Assembly (NCBI GenBank): GCA_964588955.1
Contig: CAZPQJ010000004.1
Location: 5,677 to 69,676, forward strand
Direction of reading: 5' to 3'
Length of the DNA stretch: 64,000 bases
Origin: an uncultured Gammaproteobacteria bacterium
Lineage (GTDB): Bacteria; Patescibacteriota; Patescibacteriia; UBA9934; CAMTUG01
Part shown: positions 32,091 through 40,976 of the stretch, piece by piece
How positions within the stretch are numbered: position 1 is the first letter of the stretch
Layout of the letters: each line of letters starts with the position of its first letter
Notes under the pieces: generated by a model
What the model was told of the DNA's origin: nothing
Seen by the model: only the letters and a program-made list of their open reading frames with translations
Database searches by the model: none
Position numbers and translations under genes: made by a program

Positions 32091-32277
32091 ACCTATTTAT
32101 TCACATAGCATGGTTGCTCTTCAAAAGAGAATCCATTAACTACGGGGTTCTGAAAATGGATGAGATGCGAAGTGCTGGAGACGAGGATACTGCTGAGGCG
32201 TAGATCCCTACGACGAAGCAGTTCCGAGTCGAAGCACAAGCAGCTCGCCAGTTTCAGAAGCCCGACAACAAAACGCT

Positions 32278-32700
32278 ATGGCAAAGAAGATGACGACCCA
32301 GATTAAGCTCCAGATCCCTGCCGGAGCAGCCACCCCAGCCCCTCCGATCGGTCCAGCCCTTGGTCAGCACGGTTTGAACATTGCCGACTTCGTGAAACGC
32401 TTTAACGATGCTTCCGCCGAACGTCGCGGAGAGATTGTTCCAGTGATCATCAGCGTGTACGAAGACCGCACCTTTGACTTCATCATGAAGGTCGCACCGG
32501 CTTCCGACTTGATTAAGAAAGCCGCCAAGATTGAAAAGGGGTCGGGCAAGCCGTTGACGGAAAAAATTGGAAGCATTACCAAAGATCAGTTGCGCGAAAT
32601 CGCCGTCAAAAAGATGCCTGACTTGAACACGGACGATGAGGAGATGGCGATGCGTATTATCGCCGGTACCGCTCGCCAAATGGGGGTTGAAATAAGGTAA
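32278..32700 (+). CDS. rplK: 50S ribosomal protein L11
   Basis: 140 aa; [14 protein letters not shown] signature. Confidence 0.95.
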   Translation: MAKKMTTQIKLQIPAGAATPAPPIGPALGQHGLNIADFVKRFNDASAERRGEIVPVIISVYEDRTFDFIMKVAPASDLIKKAAKIEKGSGKPLTEKIGSITKDQLREIAVKKMPDLNTDDEEMAMRIIAGTARQMGVEIR

Positions 32701-32745
32701 TGAGAAATTAGTCATTAGGTAATTAGTGGGAGGGGTAAAACCCGA

Positions 32746-33444
32746 TTGAACCACAACAAATGTATGAGAAGCAAACGTTATACCGGAGCGAAAAAGATGG
32801 TGGACAGTAAAAAGTCGTACTCTGTTGCCGAAGCCGTAGCTTTGGTCAAAGAAACCGCCAAAGTGAAATTTGACGCCACGGTTGAGTTACACTGCAAACT
32901 CGGTATCGACGTCAAACAGTCCGACCAAAACATTCGCGGTACGATTTCTTTGCCACATGCTGTCGGCAAGTCCCGCCGCGTGGCCGCCTTCGTGGAACCA
33001 GACAAAGAAGCTGAAGCCAAAGCCGCTGGTGCAGACTTGGTCGGTTCCGAAGAGCTCATCAACGAAATCGTTACCAAAGGAAAGATCGACTTCGACGTCG
33101 CTGTGGCAACCCCCGGCATGATGCCAAAGCTCGCCAAGGCCGCCAAAGTCTTGGGTCCAAAAGGCTTGATGCCGAACCCAAAGACCGACACCGTCGGTGC
33201 GCAAATTGGCAAGATCATCGCTGAACAAAAAGCGGGTAAATTGACCTTCAAAAACGACGACACCGGCAACGTCCACGTAGCTGTTGGGAAAGTCTCCTTC
33301 GACGACGCCAAAATTACCGAGAACGTCAACGCCATTATCGACTTGATGCGTCGCTTGAAACCAACCACCGCCAAAGGCATCTACTTCAAAACCTGCGTGA
33401 TGACTTCCACCATGGGTCCCGCGATCCACGTGCAAGTTTCCTAA
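32746..33444 (+). CDS. rplA: 50S ribosomal protein L1
   Basis: TTG start with a GGGAGGGG Shine-Dalgarno upstream (alternatives ATG at 32764 or 32779); L1 signature SDQNIRG ... GPKGLMPNPK. Confidence 0.9.
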   Translation: MNHNKCMRSKRYTGAKKMVDSKKSYSVAEAVALVKETAKVKFDATVELHCKLGIDVKQSDQNIRGTISLPHAVGKSRRVAAFVEPDKEAEAKAAGADLVGSEELINEIVTKGKIDFDVAVATPGMMPKLAKAAKVLGPKGLMPNPKTDTVGAQIGKIIAEQKAGKLTFKNDDTGNVHVAVGKVSFDDAKITENVNAIIDLMRRLKPTTAKGIYFKTCVMTSTMGPAIHVQVS

Positions 33445-33488
33445 GCGGATCGGATTGGATTGAACCAGAGGAACCTTTCCAGAAATCA

Positions 33489-34721
33489 ATGGCGGGGCTG
33501 TCAGGCCTCGCTTTTGGTTTAAAACTCCACATCCTATCCACTAGCCACCACCTGCTACCGATGTTACAATCCACCTACAGGAGGCTCGCCGATAAGGCGT
33601 CATCCTTTTTATTTATGCTCAACGACTTCAAAGGGGCTTTAGCCTACCAACACATTAAACAGCTGATGGCCGAAGGGCACATTCGCGAAGGGCAGGAGGC
33701 CAATCTTCAACCTTCGTCGATCGACCTTTCTATCAGTGGGGAAATTTACCGCATGCGCGGCACGTTCCTCCCCCGCCCCAACGAAAAGATCCGCGACATT
33801 TTGCGGAATGGTATTTTGTTTCCGGTGAGCTTGAACCAACCATTAGAACTCAATGGAATTTATCTGATTCGTTTAAACGAACTCCTCGACCTGCCAGAAA
33901 ACGTTTACGCCATGACCAACAATAAGTCGTCGAGCGGGCGCATCAACCTGCAAACGCGTTTAATCGTAAACGGAGTCAGCAGTTTTGACTACGTCCCGCG
34001 TGGCTATCGTGGCGAGCTCTGGTTAGAAGTCATCCCCAAGTCCTTCCCTGTTCAATTGAACTACGCGGAGCATTTGAATCAAATGCGTTTCTTCACGGGC
34101 GACGGACGTTTAACCGACGAAGAACTCAAGCGCGAACACGAGCTCCATGGCTTTCTGCGCGGTTCCATGAATGAGGTTCTCCCTATCCAACCGAGCGCGC
34201 AGCAGAAAGGACTCACCATGAGTATCGACCTCACCAGTTCCGAGATTGTTGGCTATCGCTGTACCCCGACCACCAGCCGCGTCCTCGACTTTAAGCGCCG
34301 TGACCACGATCCGATCGACTTCTTTGAGCCTATCCCACGACCAAAAGACGGACAACTCATCATGCGTAAAGGCGAGTTTTATATTTTTGTTACCAAAGAA
34401 GGCATTCGCATTCCCCATGATTACGCCGTGGAGATGCTTCCTTATGACGTGAGCAAAGGCGAGTTCCGTTCGCACTACGCCGGATTCTTTGATCCTGGGT
34501 TTGGCTACGGGGCTAACGGCGAAATTCTTGGCACCCCCGGAGTTCTCGAGGTCTTCACTCACGACAACGACTTTGTGCTACGCGACGGCCAGCCCATTTG
34601 CCAAATGGTTTACGAGCGCCTCTCCGCCCCGGCCGAGTTGTACTACGGCGATCCAAAACTCGTCAGCAACTATTACAAACAAACCGGCCCGCGGCTATCC
34701 AAACACTTTAAGATGGACTAG
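33489..34721 (+). CDS. dcd: long-form 2'-deoxycytidine 5'-triphosphate deaminase (DCD family, tandem dCTP-deaminase/dUTPase-fold halves)
   Basis: 410 codons in the ORF track; the true start may be the internal ATG at 33615 (MLNDFKGAL ...). An N-half GRSS-type segment (NKSSSGRINLQTRLIVNG) and a C-half FFDPGFGYG ... LEV ... GQPICQMVYERL both match the dCTP deaminase fold. Confidence 0.7.
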   Translation: MAGLSGLAFGLKLHILSTSHHLLPMLQSTYRRLADKASSFLFMLNDFKGALAYQHIKQLMAEGHIREGQEANLQPSSIDLSISGEIYRMRGTFLPRPNEKIRDILRNGILFPVSLNQPLELNGIYLIRLNELLDLPENVYAMTNNKSSSGRINLQTRLIVNGVSSFDYVPRGYRGELWLEVIPKSFPVQLNYAEHLNQMRFFTGDGRLTDEELKREHELHGFLRGSMNEVLPIQPSAQQKGLTMSIDLTSSEIVGYRCTPTTSRVLDFKRRDHDPIDFFEPIPRPKDGQLIMRKGEFYIFVTKEGIRIPHDYAVEMLPYDVSKGEFRSHYAGFFDPGFGYGANGEILGTPGVLEVFTHDNDFVLRDGQPICQMVYERLSAPAELYYGDPKLVSNYYKQTGPRLSKHFKMD

Positions 34722-34845
34722 TTGTCCACATTTGACAGCCCCGATCGAGCTACGTATGATTAAAACGCTATGAAGCAACACATCCGCCAACTCATCTCTT
34801 CCTCGTCCTCTTGCCTATCAAGCTGAGGAAGATTTTGCTTTAACG

Positions 34846-34885
34846 TATTTGCAACTCCTCGGCAGCAACCGAGGAGTTGTTGTTT
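34846..34885 (+). terminator. intrinsic terminator after dcd (11-bp stem gcaactcctcg / cgaggagttgc, then ttgtttatt)
   Basis: Seen directly. Confidence 0.5.
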
Positions 34886-34966
34886 ATTCCAGTGCCGCGC
34901 GGGTGTGTACAACCCCGCGCCGCGCTGGAGCCAACCGATTCTCGGTTTGCCCAGCCGGAGTCCATC

Positions 34967-35476
34967 GTGAAAAAGTTGCCTGAGCGTCTGCCTGGCCCCT
35001 CGTTCTTCGCCATCCTCGATCACTTCTCGGGCGGCCCTCTGCTCCCCCGCCAGGAAAAGGAAGCTGCGCCGGAGATGGCTGGTACCCTGCACCATCTGCC
35101 TGACTCCTGGAATCAGCAGTTCCCGGGGACGGTGCAGATCCTCGTCCTCGCCCGCGGGGATACCCACGCCACCATCTGTCCCTTCACGGTGATGATGCAT
35201 CGCGATCCCCGCCCTTCGGCTCGCGACGTCTTCCTCGCCTTCCCCTGCGGCGAGGAAGAACCTGCAGTCTTCTTCGTGGGCCTGGGGCTGGCGCGCAAGG
35301 TTCCGCACAGCAACCTGCCGCCGGCCTTCGATCGCATCTGTCTCAATCACCTGCTGGCAGATCCGCCCAAGGGCTACAAGCGGACCCACCTCGCGGCCAA
35401 CGAAGAACCGCTCCCGAACTGGAGGCAGGCCTGGTTCCGCTACATCGCTGAACTGAACAGCACCGGGAAGCACTGA
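34967..35476 (+). CDS. hypothetical protein (GC-rich orphan; start uncertain)
   Basis: Frame open from 34877 (TTG), but that position sits inside the upstream terminator. GTG at 34967 has GGAG 6 nt upstream. The antisense 252-aa track ORF is Arg-rich and judged a shadow. Confidence 0.4.
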   Translation: MKKLPERLPGPSFFAILDHFSGGPLLPRQEKEAAPEMAGTLHHLPDSWNQQFPGTVQILVLARGDTHATICPFTVMMHRDPRPSARDVFLAFPCGEEEPAVFFVGLGLARKVPHSNLPPAFDRICLNHLLADPPKGYKRTHLAANEEPLPNWRQAWFRYIAELNSTGKH

Positions 35477-35490
35477 CCTGCTACAACCAT

Positions 35491-35530
35491 GCCCTCCGGG
35501 AACTCCCGGAGGGCACAACTATATTTCTCG
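35491..35530. terminator. bidirectional hairpin (11-bp stem gccctccggga / tcccggagggc) between the orphan ORF (+) and the racemase (-)
   Basis: Seen directly. Confidence 0.45.
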
Positions 35531-35556
35531 ATATTAACGACAAACAAGCCGTTGGA

Positions 35557-36267
35557 CTACCGATCTCGTGTCCCAAGCGAAAAATCGACTGCACATTCGA
35601 CAATAATTTCGATTGTGTCAAATAACTTTACATCCGTATGGGTCTGGTTAATCGCCAATGGAATTTCCGTACAACCCATAACGATTGCCTCCGCCCCTTT
35701 TTTTAGATATGCACGCGCGATATCCTTTAACACAATAATGTCATCTGTTTTTTGATTTCCGCCCATTACATGCTCAATCACATTATTCAAAATGTGCTGC
35801 TGATCAACATCTGGAGAGATGACCTCAATACCGGAATCATTAAAACGTTTTTGATAGAGCCCGAGACGGTTCGTACTCTCAGACGCAAAAATACCAACTT
35901 TTCTATATCCGAATTTTATTATGCGCTTTTTTGTCTCTTCAATAATGTTAAAGATTGGTATCTCTACCGACGCCTGCATTTCGTCGAAGTAAGCGTGTAC
36001 GGTGTTGCAACCGATAATCGCCAAATCACACCCAGCGGCCTCTAACTTTTTGATTCCAGCAATGAGCTGACTTTTTACCGCGACCTCATCTGTGATACCC
36101 GTCTCATCAAACCCGACAAGAGGCAGGCTGTAGATAATGACAGGCGGGTAATCAGAGTCTTGAGTCGCGCCATACTTCTGCTGAGAATACTTAATGATCT
36201 TTGCATAAAGATTTGAAGAAGCTGCTGGCCCCATTCCTCCTAACACCCCAATCATCTTATTTTTCAT
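35557..36267 (-). CDS. Asp/Glu/hydantoin racemase-family protein (aspartate racemase-like)
   Basis: 236 aa; GVLGGMGPAAS N-terminal motif and conserved Cys-containing segments (IGCNTVHAYF, VMGCTEIP) of the family; markedly AT-rich gene. Confidence 0.75.
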   Translation of the reverse strand: MKNKMIGVLGGMGPAASSNLYAKIIKYSQQKYGATQDSDYPPVIIYSLPLVGFDETGITDEVAVKSQLIAGIKKLEAAGCDLAIIGCNTVHAYFDEMQASVEIPIFNIIEETKKRIIKFGYRKVGIFASESTNRLGLYQKRFNDSGIEVISPDVDQQHILNNVIEHVMGGNQKTDDIIVLKDIARAYLKKGAEAIVMGCTEIPLAINQTHTDVKLFDTIEIIVECAVDFSLGTRDR

Positions 36268-36333
36268 AATGATATTTTTCGAAAGAGAAGTTTCTCTATC
36301 TCAACATTGCAAATGTTGTCAGCAGGTTTGGGT

Positions 36334-38145
36334 TTAGACAAGTCCGCGTTCGATGGCTTTTTGCGATTGGCGAGCTTCGGCGTCGGCGCGAGCCCAGAGG
36401 TAGTCGTTGTAGTCGACGAATTTGAGCAAGCCGGAATCTTTAACCCACGGGGCTAGCTGGACAATCCCGTCAGCAATCTTTTGACAAACGCGACGATAAT
36501 TTGGGTGACCTTGCGGCACGGTGCGTAACTCGAGTAAATGCTGCGCTTCGCGGAAGTTCATCCCAAACCAGAAGCGAATTTTGTGACCAAACAAAACGAC
36601 GTACTCGGCCATGGGCGCACCAAATTCGACGCTCAGCTCGTCGAAAAACGCCCGCACCTCAGCCTCTAAGGCGTTGCAAGCGTCGGCCATGCCGATCTCC
36701 ACAATATCTTCCGGAATCACAAATCCTAAATGCGGATTCGGTCGCTGCCACTGCAGAGTGCACATACGATGGCGATGCAAATCGCGGAAGACACCGAAGT
36801 TAGTGACGACTTCTGCGTTTACATCGTACCCATGTTCAAAGCCACGCGGCGAACGATCGCGGCGGCCTTGGCGGTCGCCGACCGCATGCTGCAGGAGCGT
36901 GGAAATTTGATCCATTGGCAGGGTTTGCAGTTTGGCAACAAGTTCCGTATAGGCACAGTTCACGTAAGGAAAATAGACCCCAGCGAGCAAATGATGGAGC
37001 GCTTCGGGCGTGTCGGAAAGCAGACGCGGAACGTTGTGGACGCGCACCTCTTCCCCATCTGCCGTCGCCTTCATCCACTCAGGCGCGATGGCCGCAATAT
37101 CGGCACGAATCGCCGCGTCGGTCGCCATCCAAAACTTCTCCCCTTCCGGATGCGCGCGTTTCACATACTTTGGCACCACTTTGTTGAGCGTGGCGTGCAT
37201 GCGTTCGGCAACATCGAGAAACTCAGGTCGACCCGACGAATACAAGCGCTTCAGCAAGTGTTCAAAGGTGCGACCGTTGGCAACCATCGCCAAGTTGGTG
37301 AGTGTCGCTGCCGGTAACATAATGCGCGCCGTGTCGCAGGCGCGGGTGCGAATATCGAAGGTATAAGTGCGTTTGAATTCTTTTTTCTGCTTCTCGTCGT
37401 CGAGCTGATCAAGACGATACTTCGTTGGATCGTTCGGTTTGATGGCGTATTCCGTCTGCTCGATCGGTTTATTTTTCATGTATTGCTCCTGTAGCTTCTC
37501 TGCCAAATCCACATACAACGCAAAACACCGATCCATCAAATCAACATATTTTGCTCCATGCGTGGAAGCGATGATCTTCGGCTCGCGATAATAAAACCAA
37601 TTACCCGTTACCGGATCACGTTCGGTGTACAACACATAACGGCTAGATTGTTCAATGTAGGCACCAAGACGTCGATCCTCAATGGCCTTAGCGGCCAAGT
37701 TGGAAACAGAGTTAAACAGCACGGTGGCACACTCTAACTCTTGCACGGAGTCATCACCATACTGAATCAAAATGCGTTCAATCAGCTGCTCCAACTTCCC
37801 CTCCCGCAGTCCACCAATAGGCACACCAAGTTCCTTAGCCTCCGCCTCGTCCGTTACAAGAAACTCTTTCACTAACACATCAATCACCGTGCCAGGCGCT
37901 CGGGACTGGCGAGCAAGCATGGCGCCCACCAGTCCGGACAATTTCCGCCCGTCAACCGCGGTGATGTTGCTTTCGGGAGACAAAAAATACGGACGCGCGA
38001 ACTGAAAAACGCTCTCCAAAATAAACGAGCGGTACGGTAACACGGCACCGTCGCCGCAGGCTACCATCCGCTCCCCGGTTTGGTCGTCCGTAAAGATGGT
38101 ACAGCGATCCTCGGCACTCAACTTCGTATAGGTTTTTGCGTCCAT
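36334..38145 (-). CDS. ThyX (flavin-dependent thymidylate synthase)-like protein, unusually long (about 603 aa)
   Basis: Start reassigned to MDAKTYTKL (ATG at 38145, with GTGAGGA 3-9 nt upstream); the track start at 38313 would overlap dut on the other strand. An N-proximal SV.E ... T.LF ... DRRLGAYIEQSSRYV aligns with the ThyX HxSVxEH ... RHRxxSYxxxSxRY core but has RHR degraded to DRR. A second HRHR motif (FGVFRDLHRHRMCTLQWQ) and a C-terminal ThyX-like MNFREAQHLLELR segment follow. Confidence 0.55.
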   Translation of the reverse strand: MDAKTYTKLSAEDRCTIFTDDQTGERMVACGDGAVLPYRSFILESVFQFARPYFLSPESNITAVDGRKLSGLVGAMLARQSRAPGTVIDVLVKEFLVTDEAEAKELGVPIGGLREGKLEQLIERILIQYGDDSVQELECATVLFNSVSNLAAKAIEDRRLGAYIEQSSRYVLYTERDPVTGNWFYYREPKIIASTHGAKYVDLMDRCFALYVDLAEKLQEQYMKNKPIEQTEYAIKPNDPTKYRLDQLDDEKQKKEFKRTYTFDIRTRACDTARIMLPAATLTNLAMVANGRTFEHLLKRLYSSGRPEFLDVAERMHATLNKVVPKYVKRAHPEGEKFWMATDAAIRADIAAIAPEWMKATADGEEVRVHNVPRLLSDTPEALHHLLAGVYFPYVNCAYTELVAKLQTLPMDQISTLLQHAVGDRQGRRDRSPRGFEHGYDVNAEVVTNFGVFRDLHRHRMCTLQWQRPNPHLGFVIPEDIVEIGMADACNALEAEVRAFFDELSVEFGAPMAEYVVLFGHKIRFWFGMNFREAQHLLELRTVPQGHPNYRRVCQKIADGIVQLAPWVKDSGLLKFVDYNDYLWARADAEARQSQKAIERGLV

Positions 38146-38203
38146 AGTCCTCACACTGTACAGAAGGTCCAGGGCTGTTACCAGTGGATAAGATAGGGTA
38201 AAA

Positions 38204-38644
38204 TTGCCCCGTATGAAACTGCCTGTAAAACGCCTGGATCCGGCCGCTGTATTACCTGAATATAAAACCCCGGGAGCAGCCGCTTTTGACCTCACTTCAC
38301 TCGAAACACGCACGTTAGCCCCTCGAGAAATCTATCGCTTCTCGACCGGCCTGGTTTTTTGCATCCCCCCAGGTCATTTTATGTTGATTGCTTCGCGCTC
38401 CTCAAACGCACCGAAAAAAGGACTGGGTATGGCCAACGGCATCGGCATTATTGACTCGGATTTCTGTGGGGAAACAGACGCAATCAACGTGTGCTTACAA
38501 AACATCACCGATGAACCCGTAACCGTAGAGGCGGGCGATCGCATTGCTCAAGCAATCATCCTCCCTGTCGAGCGGGCTGAGATCGTCGAGATCGCTTCCA
38601 CTGGGGCGGTCGACCGTGGTGGATTTGGTTCGACGGGACGCTAA
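38204..38644 (+). CDS. dut: dUTP diphosphatase
   Basis: 146 aa; dUTPase motifs (AAAFDL, RSSNAPKKGL, GIIDSDFCGE, RIAQ, GGFGSTG). Confidence 0.9.
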   Translation: MPRMKLPVKRLDPAAVLPEYKTPGAAAFDLTSLETRTLAPREIYRFSTGLVFCIPPGHFMLIASRSSNAPKKGLGMANGIGIIDSDFCGETDAINVCLQNITDEPVTVEAGDRIAQAIILPVERAEIVEIASTGAVDRGGFGSTGR

Positions 38645-38667
38645 GATATTGCTATAATTAGCTCGCT

Positions 38668-39369
38668 ATGTTCATCATGGTCGACGGCATTGATGGAAGT
38701 GGGAAACGAACCATTGTCGAGGCAATGCTCGCCCATTTAGTCTCCCAAGGCCGCACAAGTTTCGACATTGGCGAGTGGTCTAAAGAACACCATCGCTTGC
38801 CGGAGCCTGCGGAGATGGCTCATGCCGACGTGATTATTGGCGTGGAACCGAGCTACGCATGGACCGGCGCGGCCATCCGTTACGAAATGGTGCGCAACAA
38901 TAAGAGCTACACCTCTCGCCAAATCGCCGAAGCGTTTTCCGTTGATCGATTAACCATCTACGAGCGCTGCTATCTTCCTCTGCTCGCGCGTGGAGCAACA
39001 ATTATTGCCGAACGCGGCGTTTCCTCGTCCATCGCCTACCAACCCGCCGCCGACCCGACCCTCCCCCTTGAGGAAGTCCTTGCCATGAGCGGCAACGCCT
39101 TTGCCCTCAAGCATCGACCTGATCATTTGATCATCGCTACGCTCGACCCAGCTATCGCTCTTACGCGGCTCGCCAAACGCTCCGGCAAACAAGACGACGC
39201 TTCTTTCGAGAAAGAACCGTTTCTGCGCCTACTAGCCGAGCGCTATCAAAGCTCCTGGTTCCGCGAACTCTTCACGTCCGTTGGTACGCACCTACACACC
39301 ATCGACACCAGCGGAACTATCGACGACGCCCGCACCGAAACCATTACCCTTTTGCAATCACTTACTTAA
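38668..39369 (+). CDS. thymidylate kinase-like dNMP kinase
   Basis: 233 aa; P-loop VDGIDGSGKRT, DR(L) motif and LID-like RSGKQDD segment; tmk-family fold. Substrate not determinable from sequence. Confidence 0.65.
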   Translation: MFIMVDGIDGSGKRTIVEAMLAHLVSQGRTSFDIGEWSKEHHRLPEPAEMAHADVIIGVEPSYAWTGAAIRYEMVRNNKSYTSRQIAEAFSVDRLTIYERCYLPLLARGATIIAERGVSSSIAYQPAADPTLPLEEVLAMSGNAFALKHRPDHLIIATLDPAIALTRLAKRSGKQDDASFEKEPFLRLLAERYQSSWFRELFTSVGTHLHTIDTSGTIDDARTETITLLQSLT

Positions 39370-39373
39370 ACGT

Positions 39374-40252
39374 ATGCCGCAACTTCTCTCGGTCGGCACG
39401 ATCATCGATCGCGCCTGGAGTCATTACACCAAGCATTTTCTAGAATTGATGGGGATCTCTTCCTGGCTTTTATTGATTGCCATTCTGACAATCATTTCAA
39501 CCTGGATCTCTCCAGACACCTTACTTGTAGCCGGCCAATATCGGAACGTTCTTTCGGTGATGCAAATCACCGGCATCGTTATTTATGGTCTTACCTATTT
39601 AGTGCTAGCTCCGATTCTTTCTATTTGGATTAGCAATCAGCTGACAAGAGCCATCAATCTTGAACTCGATGCTACCAATATAAACACAAAAGAGCTTAGC
39701 CGATTCGGCTGGAAGAATTTCTTTCCCCGTGTGTTCGTAGGAATCCTTACTGCCATTTGTGTTTTGGCACCATTTTTAATCCTCGTGCCAGGCGGGATTA
39801 TTTCCGTGATTGCTGGACTCACCAATTCTGTTGGTCTCTCGGTAATAAGTACCGCCCTCATCTTTATTGGAGTCATTGCCGCCACCGTCGGTTGCTTGTA
39901 CGTGATCGTACGTTTAATCTTTGCTCCTTACGCCTTGTTGCTCGACGATCATCATGGACGTTCGGCTTTAAAACAAAGCGCCGCGCTCAGCCGGGGTAGA
40001 TTTTGGAGCGTCTTTTTCCGTGTTGTCATTCCTGCTGTGGTTTTCTACATTGGCATGACGACTATTCACGTGTTGCTCATTTACGTAATGAAAACGATCG
40101 TTATCTCCGTAGCCGGACTTAATGCCACCCTTGCTGTCCAACTCTTCAGCATTGGCCGCAGCACCATCTTCATTGTCCTCAACACGTTGGTCGCTCCGCT
40201 GGTGATTACCGCCAATTGCCTAGTCTATCGCGATCTGACCAAGAATCGTTAA
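39374..40252 (+). CDS. polytopic membrane protein, paralog 1 (unknown function)
   Basis: Start at MPQLLSVG (ATG 39374, 5 nt after the tmk-like stop). Multiple TM helices; the N-terminal region resembles the next gene (xxAWxxYxxHF ... IP.AIL). Confidence 0.55.
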   Translation: MPQLLSVGTIIDRAWSHYTKHFLELMGISSWLLLIAILTIISTWISPDTLLVAGQYRNVLSVMQITGIVIYGLTYLVLAPILSIWISNQLTRAINLELDATNINTKELSRFGWKNFFPRVFVGILTAICVLAPFLILVPGGIISVIAGLTNSVGLSVISTALIFIGVIAATVGCLYVIVRLIFAPYALLLDDHHGRSALKQSAALSRGRFWSVFFRVVIPAVVFYIGMTTIHVLLIYVMKTIVISVAGLNATLAVQLFSIGRSTIFIVLNTLVAPLVITANCLVYRDLTKNR

Positions 40253-40253
40253 T

Positions 40254-40976
40254 ATGCTCACTGTCATTGAATTATTGCAATTAACCTTTGCCGTTTACCG
40301 ACGCAACTTCGGACTCTATTTCGGCTACGCGGCTTGGATGATTATTCCTGGCGCCATCTTGTGGATTCTGGATGCTGCCATTCCTAGCGCCCATACGGGA
40401 TTCGACATTGTGGGACAAGTTGCCTTGCTTGTTCTGGGTGTATGGATTTGGATTATTCTGACCAACATTACGGCCAACATTATTCTCAAAGAAAAAATCA
40501 ACACGGAAACACTTGCAGGTCAGGCATGGAAAATGATCTTGCCGGTTTTTTGGGTCATGTTGATTGCCAGCCTTGTCAAAATTGTTGGTCTTGTTTTGTT
40601 GATTATTCCGGGCTTACTATTTTCGGTTTGGTATGCCTTCGCCGACTTGGAAGTCATCCTGAATGGTAAAACATCACTGGCAGCAATGGCAGGAAGTCGC
40701 GACCTTGTGCGTGGACGCGGATGGTCGGTGTTGTGGCGTTTAGTTGCCGGTCCCCTTTTGCTCGCGGCCGTGTATGTTATCGTCTCTTCATCATTAATTG
40801 GAATCGTAGAAACACTGACCACAGGATCAAGCAGTCTCATGAGTACGCAGCCGTCGGTCGGGGCGCAAATGCTTAGTTCTATCACAGACGCCCTCGTCTT
40901 TCCCCTCTTCGTCATTTATCCTGTTCTTCTCTATCTTGATCTTAAACAGATCAAAAAGAAAAAAGCTTCCGTATGA
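40254..40976 (+). CDS. polytopic membrane protein, paralog 2 (unknown function)
   Basis: 240 aa, multiple TM helices; begins 2 nt after paralog 1 and overlaps the gatB start by 4 nt. Confidence 0.55.
   Translation: MLTVIELLQLTFAVYRRNFGLYFGYAAWMIIPGAILWILDAAIPSAHTGFDIVGQVALLVLGVWIWIILTNITANIILKEKINTETLAGQAWKMILPVFWVMLIASLVKIVGLVLLIIPGLLFSVWYAFADLEVILNGKTSLAAMAGSRDLVRGRGWSVLWRLVAGPLLLAAVYVIVSSSLIGIVETLTTGSSSLMSTQPSVGAQMLSSITDALVFPLFVIYPVLLYLDLKQIKKKKASV

Noticed and set aside
34760-35518. 252-aa minus-strand ORF opposite the GC-rich orphan at 34967-35476
   Set aside because: Arg/Gly/Glu-rich low-complexity translation typical of an antisense shadow in GC-rich DNA; the plus-strand frame has the better translation signals and is flanked by terminators.
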